Part shown: positions 22,932-35,258 of the stretch, piece by piece
Layout of the letters: each line of letters begins with the position of its first letter
How positions within the stretch are numbered: the first letter of the stretch is position 1
DNA from: Squalus acanthias
Taxonomy: Eukaryota
NCBI GenBank assembly: GCA_030390025.1
Contig: CM059425.1
Location: 261,082,001 to 261,146,000, forward strand
Direction of reading: 5' to 3'
Length of the DNA: 64,000 nt
Made by a program: the position numbers and the translations under genes
Notes under the pieces: model-generated
What the model saw: only the letters and a program-made list of their open reading frames with translations
What the model was told of the DNA's origin: nothing
Database searches by the model: none

Positions 22932-23458
22932 ACCAACAACATGCATTTATATAGCTCCTTTAACATAGTAAAATGACCCAATATGTGTCGCTGGAGCAGA
23001 ATCAAGCAGAATAATGAGAAACTATGACAGGTGGCCAAAAGCTTGGTATAAGAGGTAGGATTTAAGGTGTGTCTTAAAGGAGGGAGAAAGGTAGAGGTGG
23101 ACAGGTTTAGGGAGGGAATTCCAGAGCTCAGGGCCGAGGCAGCTGAAGGCTCAGCCACCAACAGTAGAGCGATAAAATTCAGGAATGCTCAAGAGGCCAG
23201 AATTGAAGGTGCGAAGAGATCTCCGAGGTTTGTAGGTCTGGAGAGGTTATAAAGATAGGAAGGGACGAGACCATGGAAGGAATTGAAAACAAGGATGATC
23301 ATTTTAAAATCGAGGCGTTGCTGTACCGGAAGCCAATGTAGGTCAGCAAGCACAGGGGTGATAGGTGAATGGGACTTGGTGCAAGTTAGGACACAGGCAG
23401 CAAAGTTTTGATGAGCTCAAGTTTACGGAAGGTGCAAGTTGGGAGGCTGGACAGGAGA
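22932..23458 (-). mobile_element. L2 LINE 3' fragment
   Basis: L2-type tail (AAC)n-TGCATTTATATAGC; the same family occurs at 50140-50355, 56930-57340 and 61395-61840. Confidence 0.7.
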
Positions 23459-23911
23459 TAGCCGACCTGAGCGGGAGCAAGAGTGGAGGCGGAGAAAATA
23501 AAGAGCGCAGCAGAGGAAGGCCCGAGAGCGGAGGCAGCGGACCTGAGTGGGAGCAACTCAACAAAGGCAGAATTTGAAAGAGTGACGTCAGAACAAGGGA
23601 AGGAGCTGATTGGTGAGTAGCTGGTAAGTGTTGCTAGTTAAAAGTCTATAAAGTAAATGCATGGCAGGGCAGGGCAGCTCAGTCCCATGGAATGCACATC
23701 CTGTGCAATGTGGGAAGTCCCAGACGCTTCTCGTGTCCTGAATCATGTGCGCAGGAAGTGTCGCCAGCTATAGCAGCTCAAGCTCTGGCTTTTGGAGCTT
23801 GAGCAGCGGCTGGAGTCACTGCAGTGCATCCACGAGGCTGAGAACTTCGTGGACAGCATGTTTCAGGAGGTGGTCACCCCGCAGCTTAGAGTGTGCAGGC
23901 AGAGAGGGAAT

Positions 23912-24213
23912 CACAGAATCCCCACAGTGCAGATAGAGGCCATTTCGGCCCATCGAGCCTGCACCGACACATATCCCACCCTATCCCCACGTATTTAATC
24001 CCCCTAACACTAAGGGTCAATTTATCATAGCCAAATCAACCTAACCCGCACATCTTTGGACTGTGGGAGGAAACCGGAGCACCCGGAGGAAACCCACGCA
24101 GACACGGGGAGAATGTCTGTGTGGAGTTTACACAGTCACCCGAGGCCGGATTCGAATCCGGGTCCCTGGCGCTGTGAGGCAACAGTGCTAACCACTATGC
24201 CACCGTGTTGCCC
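23912..24213 (-). mobile_element. HE1 V-SINE
   Basis: Head GGGCAACACGGTGGCATAGTGGTTAGCACTG, V-domain TCTGCGTGGGTTTCCTCCGGGTGCTCCGGTTTCCTCCCACAGTCC; short TSD GGAAT. Confidence 0.85.
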
Positions 24214-25269
24214 GGAATGGGTGACCACCAGACAGAAGAGGAGGATCAAGCAGGTAGGGCAGGAATCCCCTGAGTGCATCTCGTTCGCTAACCAGTTTTC
24301 AGCTCTGAATACTGGTGGGGGCAATGGTTCCTCTGGGGAGTTATTTTTTAATTTGTTTTTATGGGATCTGGGCGTCGCTGGCTAGGCCAGCATTTATTGC
24401 CCTTGAGAAGGTGGTGGTGAGCCGCCTTCTTGAACCGCTGCAGTCCGTGTGGTGAAGGTATTCCCACAGTGCTGTTAGGTAGGGAGTACCAGGATTTTGA
24501 CCCAGTGACGATGAAGGATCGGCGATATACTTCTAAGTCATGGTGATGTGTGACTTGGAGGTGGTGGTGTTCCTATGCATCTGCTGCCCTTGTCCTTCTA
24601 GGTGGAAGAGGTCGCGGGTTTGGGAGGTGCTGCCGAAGAAGCCTTGGCGAGTTGCTGCAGTGCATCTTGTAGATGGTACACACTGCAGCCACGGTGCGCC
24701 GGTGGTGGAGGGAGTGAATGTTTAAGGTGGTGGATGGGGTGCCAATCAAGCGGGCTGCTTTGTCCTGGATGGTGTCGGACTTCTTGAGTGTTGTTGGAGC
24801 TGCACTCATCCAGGCAAGTGGAGAGTATTTCATCACACTCCTTACTTGTGCCTTGTAGATGGTAGAAAGGCTTTGGGCAGTCAGGAGGTGAGACACTCGC
24901 CGCAGAATACCTAGCCTCTGACCTGCTCTTGTTGCCACAGTATTTATGTGGCTGGTCCAGTTAAGTTTCTGGTCAATGGTGACCCCCAGGATGTTGATGG
25001 TGGGGGATTCGGCGATGGTAATGCCATTGAATGTCAAGGGGCGGTGTTTAAACTCTAGCTTGTTGGAGATAGTCATTGCCTGGCACTTTTGTGGCGCGAA
25101 TTTTACCTGTCACTTATCAGCCCAAGCCTGAACGTCGTCCAGGTCTTGTTGCATGCGGGCATGGACTGCTTCATTATCTGAGGAGTTGTGAATGGCACTG
25201 AACACTGCAGTCATCAGCAAACATCCCCATTTCTGACCTTATGTTGGAGGGAGGGTCATTGATGAAGCA

Positions 25270-25826
25270 GCGATGTCCTGGGGCTGTGATGATTGATCTT
25301 CGGTATTGCAGGCCTTCCTCCCCTTCTTAAACGGGAAGGGCCTTGTGCAGCGCGACCCGGGGCCCAGCTGGGCCACCGGGGATCGGAGTGCCGGCAAAAG
25401 TGCCCGGCACGCAAGAGAAGTGCCGGGCTCATAGAGCGCAGTCGGCACTCCACGTGGGGGCGGGTCAGGAGGCCGGGGACGGCAGCGGAGGCAGGTGCTG
25501 GCAGGCACCTTTAAATAGCACCTCGCCTTTAAATAGCGCCGCCCCGGCCACAGGTAGGCCCCCCTGACTCCGTCGGACATAGCGTCCGGCGGTAAGTTAG
25601 GGGGCGCTACTGAAGATCGCGGCTGGGGCGCTGTGCACGGCGATGAAGTCATCGCCAGCGGTGCAGCGCCGCAGGACGCTAACAGTTATAGCCGCCGCTA
25701 ACCTCCCACTGAATTTCGCGGGAGGCGTTGGTGGCGCCGCGCCCGGGCGCTAGTTCCTTTGCACCCCATTAGCGTCCTCTTAGGGCACTAACAGGAGGTA
25801 CAAAGCAACCGAATTTTTCCCCCCAA
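25270..25826. mobile_element. GC-rich non-autonomous Harbinger-like element
   Basis: CpG-rich; terminus ..CGAATTTTTCCCCC resembles the GGGG..AAATT ends seen at 6875, 16970, 32986 and 62475. Confidence 0.5.
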
Positions 25827-27915
25827 AGGTAGTAATGCTAGTGAGTACAGATATAGGAGGATAGTGGAGATGAATGCATGGCTGGAGAGATGGTGCAGGA
25901 GGGAGGGCTTTAGATTCCTGAGGCATTGGGACCGTGTCTGGGGGAGATGGGACCTGTGCAAGCCGGACGGGTTGCACCTCAACAGGACCAGGACCAATAT
26001 CCTCGCGGGGGGGATTGCTAGTGCTGTTGGGGAGGGTTTAAATTAGCTTGGCAGGGGGATGGGAACCTGAGAGTAGATTCAGAAGGGAGAGAAGCAAAGC
26101 TGGAAATGGAAGGCAGAAAATTAGTAAGCAAGTTTGGAAGGCAGAGGAAACAAAGGCTAGAAAATAGACAACAAGGGAGTTTGGCAGTGCTAAATGGTAT
26201 ATACTTCAACGCAAGGAGTCTGGGGAATAAAGCAGATGAGCTGAGGGCACAGATAGACACGTGGGAGTATGATATTATAGCTATTACTGAGACATGGCTG
26301 AAAGAAGGGCAGGAATGGCAGCTCAACATTCCTGGTTACAGGGTTTTCAGACGAGATAGAGAGGGAGATGAAAAAAGGAGGGAGGAATCACAATATTGAT
26401 TAAAGAAACAATTACAGCTGTGAGGAGGGATGATATCTTAGAAGGATCATCCAACGAGGCCATATGGGTTGAACTGAAAAGCAAAAAAGGGGCAATCACA
26501 CTGCTGGGAGTGTACTATAGACCCCCAAACGGTCAGAGAGAGATAGAAGAGCAAATATGTAGGCAAATTTTTGAGACGTGCAAAAATAGGGCAGTAATAG
26601 TAGGGGACTTCAACTTCCCTAATATTAACTGGGATAAAATTAGTGTGAAAGGTATAGAGGGAGCAGAATTCTTAAAATGCATTCAGGAGAACATTTTTAG
26701 CCAGTACGTAGCAAGCCCAACAAGAGAGGGGGCGGTTCTGGACCTAGTTTTAGGGAATGAAGCTGGGCAGGTGGAAAGGGTATCAGTGGGAGAGCATATT
26801 GGTGGTAGTGATCATAATTCAGTTAGATTTAGCATAGTTATGGAAAAGGACAAGGATAGATCAGGAATAAAAGTTCTCAATTGGAGAAAAGCTAATTTTA
26901 CTAAGCTGAGATGTGAGATAGCCAAAGTGGACTGGAGACAGATACTTGGAGGCAAATCAGTGTCAGAGCAGTGGGAGGCATTCAAAGAGGAGATAGTGAG
27001 GGTTCAGAGCAAGTATGTTCCCTTAAAGATAAAGGGTGGGACTAACAAATCTAGAGCTCCCTGGATGTCAAGGGACATACAGGGAAGGATAAAGAAAAAA
27101 GGGAAGCTTATGACAGATACCAAGCGTTCAATACTGCAGAAACCCTAGAGGCGTATAGAAAGTGCAGGGGTGAAATTAAAAAGGAAATTAGGAAAGCAAA
27201 GAGAGGGCATGAAAAAATATTGGCAAGTAAAATCAAGGAAAACCCAAAGATGTTTTATAAATACATTAAGAGCAAGAGGATAACTAAAGTAAGAGTAGGG
27301 CTGATTAGAGACCATAAAGGTAATCTGTGTGTGGAGGCGGAAGACATGGGTATGGTTCTTAAAGAATACTTTGCGTCTGTTTTTACAAAAGAGAGGGATG
27401 ATGCAGAAATTGCAATCAGGGAGGAGCAGTGTGAAATATTAGATGATATAAAAATAGTGAAAGAGGAAGTATTAAGGGATTTAGCATCTTTGAAAGTGGA
27501 TAAATCCCCAGGCCAGGATGAAAGGTATCCCAGACTGTTAAGAGAAGTAAGAGAGGCCCTGATCATCATTTTCCAATCCTCTCTGGCTACAGGTGTGGTG
27601 CCGGAGGACTGGAGGACTGCTAACATGATACCGTTATTTAAAAAGGGAGAAATGGATAGACTGAGTAATTACAGGCCAGTCAGCCTAACCTCAGTGGTGG
27701 GAAAATTATTGGAAAAAATTCTGATGGACAGGATAAATCTTCATTTAGAAAGACACGGATTAATCAGGGACAGTCAGCATGGATTTGTTAAGGAAAGGTC
27801 GTGTCTGACTAACTTGATTGAATTTTTTGAGGAGGTAACAAGGAGGTTCGGTGTAGTCTATATGGATTTTAGCAAGGCATTTGATAAAGTCCCACATGGC
27901 AGACTGGTCACGAAA

Positions 27916-29147
27916 GTCTACACTCAATCATCAGCAACGTGATGGAAGGTGTCATCGACAGTGCTATCAAGCGGCACTTACTCACCAAAAACCTGCTCAC
28001 TGATGCCCTGTTTGGGTTCCGCCAAGACCACTCGGCTGTCGACCTCATTACAGCCTTCGTCCAAAGATGGACAAAGGAGCTGACTTTCAGCGGTGAGGTG
28101 AGAGTGACTGCCCTTGATATCAAGGCAGCATTTGACCGACTGTGGCACGAAGGAGCACCAGGACATCGCTGCAGGAGTTCCTCAGGGCAGTGTCCTAGGC
28201 CCAACCATCTTCAGCTGCTTCATCAATGACCCTCCCTCCAACATAAGGTCAGAAATGGGGATGTTCGCTGATGACTGCACAGTGTTCAGTACCATTCACA
28301 ACTCCTCAGTTAATGAAGCAGTCCATGCCCACATGCAACAAGACCTGGACAACGTTCAGGCTTGGGCTGATAAGTGGCAGGTAACATTCGGGCCACAGAA
28401 GTGCCAGGCAATGACTATCTCCAACAAGCGAGAGTCTAAACACCGCCCCTTGACATTCAATGGCATTACCATCACCGAATCCCCTACCATCAACATCCTG
28501 GGGGTCACCATTGACCAGAAGCTTAACTGGACCAGCCACGTAAATACTGTGGCAACAAGAGCAGGTCAGAGGCTAGGTATTCTGCAGCGAGTGTCTCACC
28601 TCCTGACTCCCCAAAGCCTTTCCACCATCTACAAGGCACAAGTAAGGAGTGTGATGGAATACTCTCCACTTGCCTGGATGAGTGCAGCTCCAACAACACT
28701 CAAGAAGCTCGACATCATCCAGGACAAAGCAGCCCGCTTGATTGGCACCCCATCAACCACCTTAAACATTCACCGGCATACCGTGGCTGCAGTGTGTACC
28801 ATCTACAAGATGCACTGCAGCAACTCGCCAAGGCTTCTTCGGCAGCACCTCCCAAACCCGCGACCTCTTCCACCTAGAAGGACAAGGGCAACAGACGCAT
28901 GGGAACACCACCACCTCCAAGTCCCCCTCCAAGTCACACACCATTCTGACTTAGAAGTATATCGCCGATCCTTCATCGTCGCTTGGTCAAAATCCTGGAA
29001 CTCCCTCCCTAACAGCACTGTGGGAGTACCTTCACCACACGGACTGCAGCGGTTCAAGAAGGCGGCTCACCACCACCTTCTCAAGGGCAATTAGGGATGG
29101 GCAATAAATGCTGGCCTTGCCAGCGACACCCAAATCCCATAAACGAA
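27916..29147 (+). mobile_element. Second CR1-clade LINE, RT 3' portion (326-aa ORF)
   Basis: [31 protein letters not shown]; tail GCAATAAATGCTGGCCTTGCCAGCGAC. Confidence 0.88.
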
Positions 29148-30656
29148 TTTTTTTAAAAACCCATGGGATCCAATGCAAAGTGGCAAGTTGGATCCAAAAT
29201 TGGCTCAGAGACAGGGAACAACGGGTAATGGTCGAAGGGTGTTTTTGTGACTGGAAGGCTGTTTCCAGTGGGGTTCCGCAGGGCTCAGTACTGGGTCCTT
29301 TGTTTTCCGTGGTATATATCAATGATTTGGACTTGAATGTAGGAAGTATGATTAAGAAGTTTGCAGATGAAACAAAAATTGGCCGTGTGGTTGATAATGA
29401 AGAAGAAAGCTGTAGACTGCAGGAAGATATCAATGGACTGGTCAGGTGGGCAGAACAGTGGCAAATGGAATTCAATCCGGAGAAGTGTCAGGTAATGCAT
29501 TTGGGGAGGGCTAACAAGGAAAGGGGATACACAATAAATGGTAGGACACTGAGAAGTTAAGAAGATCAGAGGGACCTTGGAGTGCATGTCCACAGATTCC
29601 TGAAGGTAGCAGGACAGGTAGATAAGGTGGTTAAGAAGGCATACGGGATACTTGCCTTTATTAGCCGAGGCATATAATATAAGAGCAGGGAGGTTATGCT
29701 TGAACTGTATAAAACACTAATTAGGCCGCAGCTAGAATACTGCGTGCAGTTCTGGTCACCACATTACAGGAAGGATGTGATTGCACTAGAGGGGGTGCAG
29801 TGGAGATTTACGAGGATGTTGCCTGGGCTGGGGAATTTTAGCTATGAGGAAAGATTGGATAGGCTGGGGTTGTTTTCTTTGGAACAGAGGAGGCTGAGGG
29901 GAGACCTAATTGAGGTGTATAAAATTATGAGGGGCCTAGATCGAGTGGATAGGAAGGACATATTTCCCTTAGCATAGGGGTCGATAACCAAGGGCATAGA
30001 TTTAAAGTAATTGGTAGGAGGTTTAGAGGGGATTTCAGGAGACCTTTTTTCACCCAGAGGGTGGTGGGGGTCTGGAACTCACTGCCTGAAAGGGTGGTAG
30101 ATGCAGAAACCCTCATCACATTTAAAAAGTACTTGGATGTGCACTTGAAGTGCCATAACCAACAAGGCTACGGATCAAGTGCTGGAAAGTGGGATTAGGC
30201 TGGATAGCTCTTTGTCGGCCGGCACAGACAAGATGAGCAGAATGGCCTCCTTCTGTGCTGTAAATTTCTATGGTTCTATGAGATCATTGGGGTCGTTGAG
30301 TCGAGAGGTAACCAAGGCATGGTGGAGGGTTTCAGCAGCAGATGAGCTGAGTCAGGGCCGGAGAGGAATGATATTAAGTAGGTGAAAGTAGACAGTCTTG
30401 GTGATGGAGAGGATATGGGGTCAGAATCTCAGCTCTGGTCAAATAGGATACCAAGATTGGAATGGTGTGGTTCAGCCTTAGAAATTGCCCAGAGTGAGGG
30501 ATCGAGTTGTTTGCTAGGGAACAAAGTTTGTGGCGGTGTTTGGAGCACAAATCTTCAGCATGACAGCCAGGATGTTGTCGGGTCCCATAGCCTTTGCTGT
30601 ATCCAATGTGCTCAGCCATTTCTTGATATCACGTGGAGTAAATCGAATTGGCTGAA

Positions 30657-32340
30657 TACAAACATACGAATTAGGAGCAGGAGTAGGCCACTCGGCCCTT
30701 CGAGCCTGCTCCGCCATTCAATAAGATCATGGCTGATCCGATTACTCCACATTCCCGCCTACCCCCGATAACTTTTCACCCACTTGCTTACCAAGAATCT
30801 ATCTACCTCTGCCTTAAAAATATTCAAAGACTCTGCTTCTACCGCCCTCTGAGGAAGAGAGTTCCAAAGACTCACGGCCCTCTGTGAGAAAAAATTTCTC
30901 CTCATCTCTGTCTTAAATGGGCGACCCCTTATTTTTAAACAGTGACCCCCTAGTTCTAGATTCTCCCACAAGAGGAAACATCCTCTCCACATCCACCCTG
31001 TCCAGACCCCTCAGGATCTTATATGTTTCAATCAAGTCACCTCTTACTCTTCTAAACTCCAGCGGATACAAGCCTAACCTGTCCAACCTTTCCTCATAAG
31101 ACAACCCGCCCATTCCAGGTATTAGTCTGGTAAACCTTCTCTGAACTGCTTCCAGCGCATTTACATCCTTCCTTAAATAAGGAGACCAATACTGTACACA
31201 GTACTCCAGATATGGTCTCACCAATGCCCTGTATAACTGAAGCATAACCTCCCTACTTTTGTATTCAATTCCCCTCGCAATAAGCGATAACATTCTATTA
31301 GCTTTCCTAATTACTTGCTGTACCTGCATAGTAACCTTTTGCGATTCATGCACTAGGACACCCAGATTCCTCTGCATCTCAGAGCTCTGCAATCTCTCAC
31401 CATTTAGATAATATGCTTCTTTTTTATTCTTCCTGCCAAAATGGACAACTTCACATTTTCCCACATTATACTCCATTTGCCAGATCTTTGCCCACTCACT
31501 TAACTTATCTGTATCCCTTTGTAACCTCCTTATGTCCTCTTCACAATTTACTTTCCTACCTATCTTTGTGTCATCAGTAAATTTAGCAACCATACCTTCG
31601 GTCCCTTCATCCAAGTCATTTATATAAATTGTAGAAAGTTGAGGCCCCAGCACTAATCCCTGTGGCACACCACTTGTTACATCTTGCCAATCAGAAAATG
31701 ACCCATTTATGCCTACTCTCTGTTTCCTGTTAGCAAGCCAATCTTCTATCCATGCCAATATGTTACCCCCTACACCATGAGCTTTTATTTCCCGCAATAA
31801 CCTTTGATGTGGCACCTTATCAAATGCCTTCTGGAAATCTAAGTACAGTACATCCACCGGTTCCCCTTTATCCACAGCACATGTTACTTCCTCAAAGAAC
31901 TCCAATAAATTGGTTGAACATGATTTCCCTTTCACAAAACCATGTTGACTCTGCCTGATTACTTTGAACTTTTCTAAGTGCCCTGCTATAATGTCTTTAA
32001 TAATAGCTTCTAACATCTTCCCTAGGACTGATGTTAAGCTAACTGGCCTGTAGTTTCCTGCTTTCTGTTTCCCTCCCTTTTTGAATAAAGGAGTTACATT
32101 CACTATTTTCCAATCTAATGGAACCTTCCCCGAATCTAGGGAATTTTGGAAAATTAAAACCAACACGTCAACTATCTCACTAGCCACTTCTTTTAAGACC
32201 CTAGGATGAAGTCCATCAGGACCCGAGGACTTGTCAGCCCGCAGCTCCAACAATTTGCTCAGTACCACTTCCCTGGTGATTGTAATTTTCTTGAGTTCCT
32301 CCCTCCCTTCCATTTCCTGACTTACAGCTATTTCTGGGAT
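30657..32340 (-). mobile_element. 5'-truncated CR1 with an open RT frame (ORF 30913-32379)
   Basis: [39 protein letters not shown]. Confidence 0.92.
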
Positions 32341-32731
32341 GATAGGAGATATCGGTTTCAGTGGGACAGTAACACACAACAGTTGCAGGTTATTGGGGGT
32401 CTATTGTCGTGTGTTCGATTCCATCGAGTGGGAGATGAGTGTTGGAAAGCCACCACATTCTCGATGGGATCAGTGCGAGGTCAGACCTGACTTCATGGCC
32501 GTGACTCAACAACAACAACACTGTACTGCAGCGTCAGCCTAGATTCTGCGCTCAAGTCTCTGGAGTGGGACTTAAACCCATGACCTTAACACTGCTACTG
32601 ACAATCAAATCTATTTTGAAATGCGCAGGGAATCCTATTTAAACAGCCGCTGGTTGTGTATGGAGGTGCTGAAAGTGCTCTTATTTTATAGTTCACACGG
32701 CTCATTTTAATTGGTCTTGTTTTGTCCACAG

Positions 32732-32747
32732 AAAGGAGCAGGACTGA
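32732..32747 (+). CDS. Candidate terminal coding exon of the Siglec-like gene
   Basis: Good acceptor ttggtcttgttttgtccacag in unique sequence; phase 2 after the TM exon gives ..RDKTRKEQD*. Confidence 0.3.
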
Positions 32748-33682
32748 TCCATCCCAGGAGGCTGAGAAACCTAATGTACAAACCGCAATATAAACCTGTT
32801 CCGCTCTCCCAGCACTGAATCTCATCCAGCGATTCAAGCTGTACTTGCTATAGTGATCCTTCGCTGAGTCATCCTGGACCGCAGTGCAAAATTCTTCCTG
32901 TTAATCAGCTATTCGGCACGGCTCTGCTTCACACTGTCATTTCAAATGGAATCCGCGTAGGATCATTCCCAATATAATTCTGTATAGGCTAGAAATTCGG
33001 GCACATCCATTGCGGGGGCGGGGGTGGGGGGGGGGGGCCTTCGGTTCACTGCTCTGCGCCTGAATCATGAGGCCTGAGGCTCCCCCAATATTGGGCCTCA
33101 TTATAATGGAACAGGCGAGACGCGAACAGCAGCCGGTGAGGAGGCGACCAAGATCGGACTGCTGCTCACCTCACAGCGACCCTCAGGTAAGTGAAGCTCG
33201 GGGGAGGGTATCGGAGTGGAGGCCTGGAGTCAAGATTGGAGGCTACGGAGTGAATATAGGAAGTTTTGAGGGGGGGAATAAGCGGATAGGAAAAATACAG
33301 TGCCTTGGCAGGGTGTCGGCAGTGGGGCAAAGCAGGGTTCGGAATCGGAGTGGTGGCGATGGTGGACATTGGGATCAGGGTGTTGTGAGCGGGGCGATCA
33401 AGAGGGGTTGGGAGTGGTTGTGATTGGGGGCATCGGGCGTGGAGGCGATCGAGGTGTTCGGGAGTTGGGGCCGAGCTTTCGTTAAATGTGGGGTCGGGAG
33501 GAGCCCTCCTGATCCTCCAGGCTCCACATTCCACCAAGTAGATTTCACAACTTACCTTGTAGGACGCAGGCGGTCCGAAGGTCGGTTTTACTGAGTGTCG
33601 GCACTGGCTGCCTCGGGGCAAGCCAGTCTTGCAGTGGGGCCGCAAACAGGCGTTTGGCCCCTTATTTCCCTACCAACAGTGC

Positions 33683-34152
33683 CAGCTGTGGCTCAGTGGG
33701 TAGTACACTCGCCTCTGAGTCAGAATGGTTGTGGGCTCAAGTCCCACTCCAGGGACTTGAGCACATAAAGCTAGGCTGACACTCCCAGTGCAGTGCTGAG
33801 GGAGTGCTGCACTGTCGGAGGTGCCGTCTTTCGGATGAGACATTAAACCGAGGCCCCGTCTGCCCTCTCAGGTGGACATAAAAGATCCCATGACACTATT
33901 TCGAAGAAGAGCAGGGGAGTTATCCCTGGTGTCCTGGCCAATATTTATCCCTCAACCAACATAACAAAAACAGATTATCTGGTCATTATCACATTGCTGT
34001 TTGTGGGAGCTTGCTGTGCGCAAATTGGCTGCCATGTTTCCCACATTATAACAGTGACTATACTTCAAAAAGTACTTTGTTGGCTGTAAAGCGCTTTGAG
34101 ACGTCCAGTGGTCGTGAAAGGCACTATAGAAATGCAAGTCTTTCTTTCTTTC
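33683..34152 (+). mobile_element. SacSINE1/Deu-SINE, full length
   Basis: tRNA head, Deu core and L2 tail (CTTT)n; further copies at about 43842-44155, 46445-46672, 53056-53235 and 54515-54778. Confidence 0.88.
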
Positions 34153-35258
34153 TATGCAAAGGGCCTAACACCTGTTTTATCCTTCACCAAATATGGTGGG
34201 TGATGCACTTCCGGCCGGAAATGTGAACCACCTTCCTGCCTGCCATATTGGGGGCTTAGTATGCTTGTTATTGCTCGAAAAAGGGGCGCTGCGCGGATCA
34301 ATTCACAGGTCACAGGCTTTATCTATGATGTGAATAAAGGGCGAGGTCAAGGAGCAGAGGTGACTGTGAATAAGACTGTTTTGAAACTCCAGTTAATCCA
34401 ACTCATCGGCTGTGACGGGAGATTCTGCTGGAGGTCAGCCAGCTCTCAGTAGCTGATCTCAGAGTGAATCTGTGCTTTTACTGCCAGTGTATCAAAGTTA
34501 CATGGTGGAGCTGCAATGATTGTGAACAGTGCTCTAAATAAACGATTGTGTGTGTATGAACATTGGCTCCTCCTTAGCATCGACTGGCACTACATTTGAA
34601 ATTGTTTCTTCCAATTATCATATTCCCTTTCAAAATATAGACTGAGATAGTAACAGTGTAAAGGGCAAAGAGGGGGAGGAATGCATGAAATGTGCACAAG
34701 AGAACCTTCCAGCCCAACAAGGAAGGTAGTGGCGCTGGATCTAGTTCTGGGGAATAAAGTGGAGTATGTTTCAGTGGGGGAGCACTTGGGGAACAGTGAT
34801 CATAATATCAACAGGTTTAGAGTAGTCAGGGAAAATGACAAAGAACATTCAGGTGTGGAAATACTTAACTGGAGGAGGGCTAATTTCAGTGAGTTGAAAG
34901 GGAATGTGGCCCAGGTGGTTTGGAATCAAAGATTGGCAGGTGAAACAGTGGAAGGCTTTCAAAGAGAAGATAGTTCAGGTATAGACTAGACCAATTCCCA
35001 TGAGGGGGACAGGAAGGACATCCAAAGCCAGAGCTCCCTGGATGACTAAAGAAATTGAGCTTAAAGTGAAAAAGAAAAAGGAGGCTTATGATAAATGTCA
35101 GGTTCACGATACAGTAGAGAGAACACCAAGCTAAATACAGAGGAGATGTGTAAAAGGAAATAAGAGGGGCAAAGAGAGACTATGAGAAAAGATTAGGGGC
35201 TAACATAAAAGGAAACCAAAAGCCCTTTTATGAACATATAAATAGAAAAAAGATAGTT

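Larger units (their letters stand above)
23460..30282 (+). mobile_element. Full-length CR1 with multiple nested insertions (HE1 SINE, two LINE fragments, GC-rich MITE)
   Basis: 5' UTR promoter module, ORF1 zinc finger at about 23660, esterase end 25864-26046, APE 26106-27148, RT 27220-30100, tail at about 30270. Confidence 0.9.

Noticed and set aside
33683-33760. tRNA-like sequence with A and B boxes
   Set aside because: It is the head of a Deu-SINE and continues into the SINE body; not a tRNA gene
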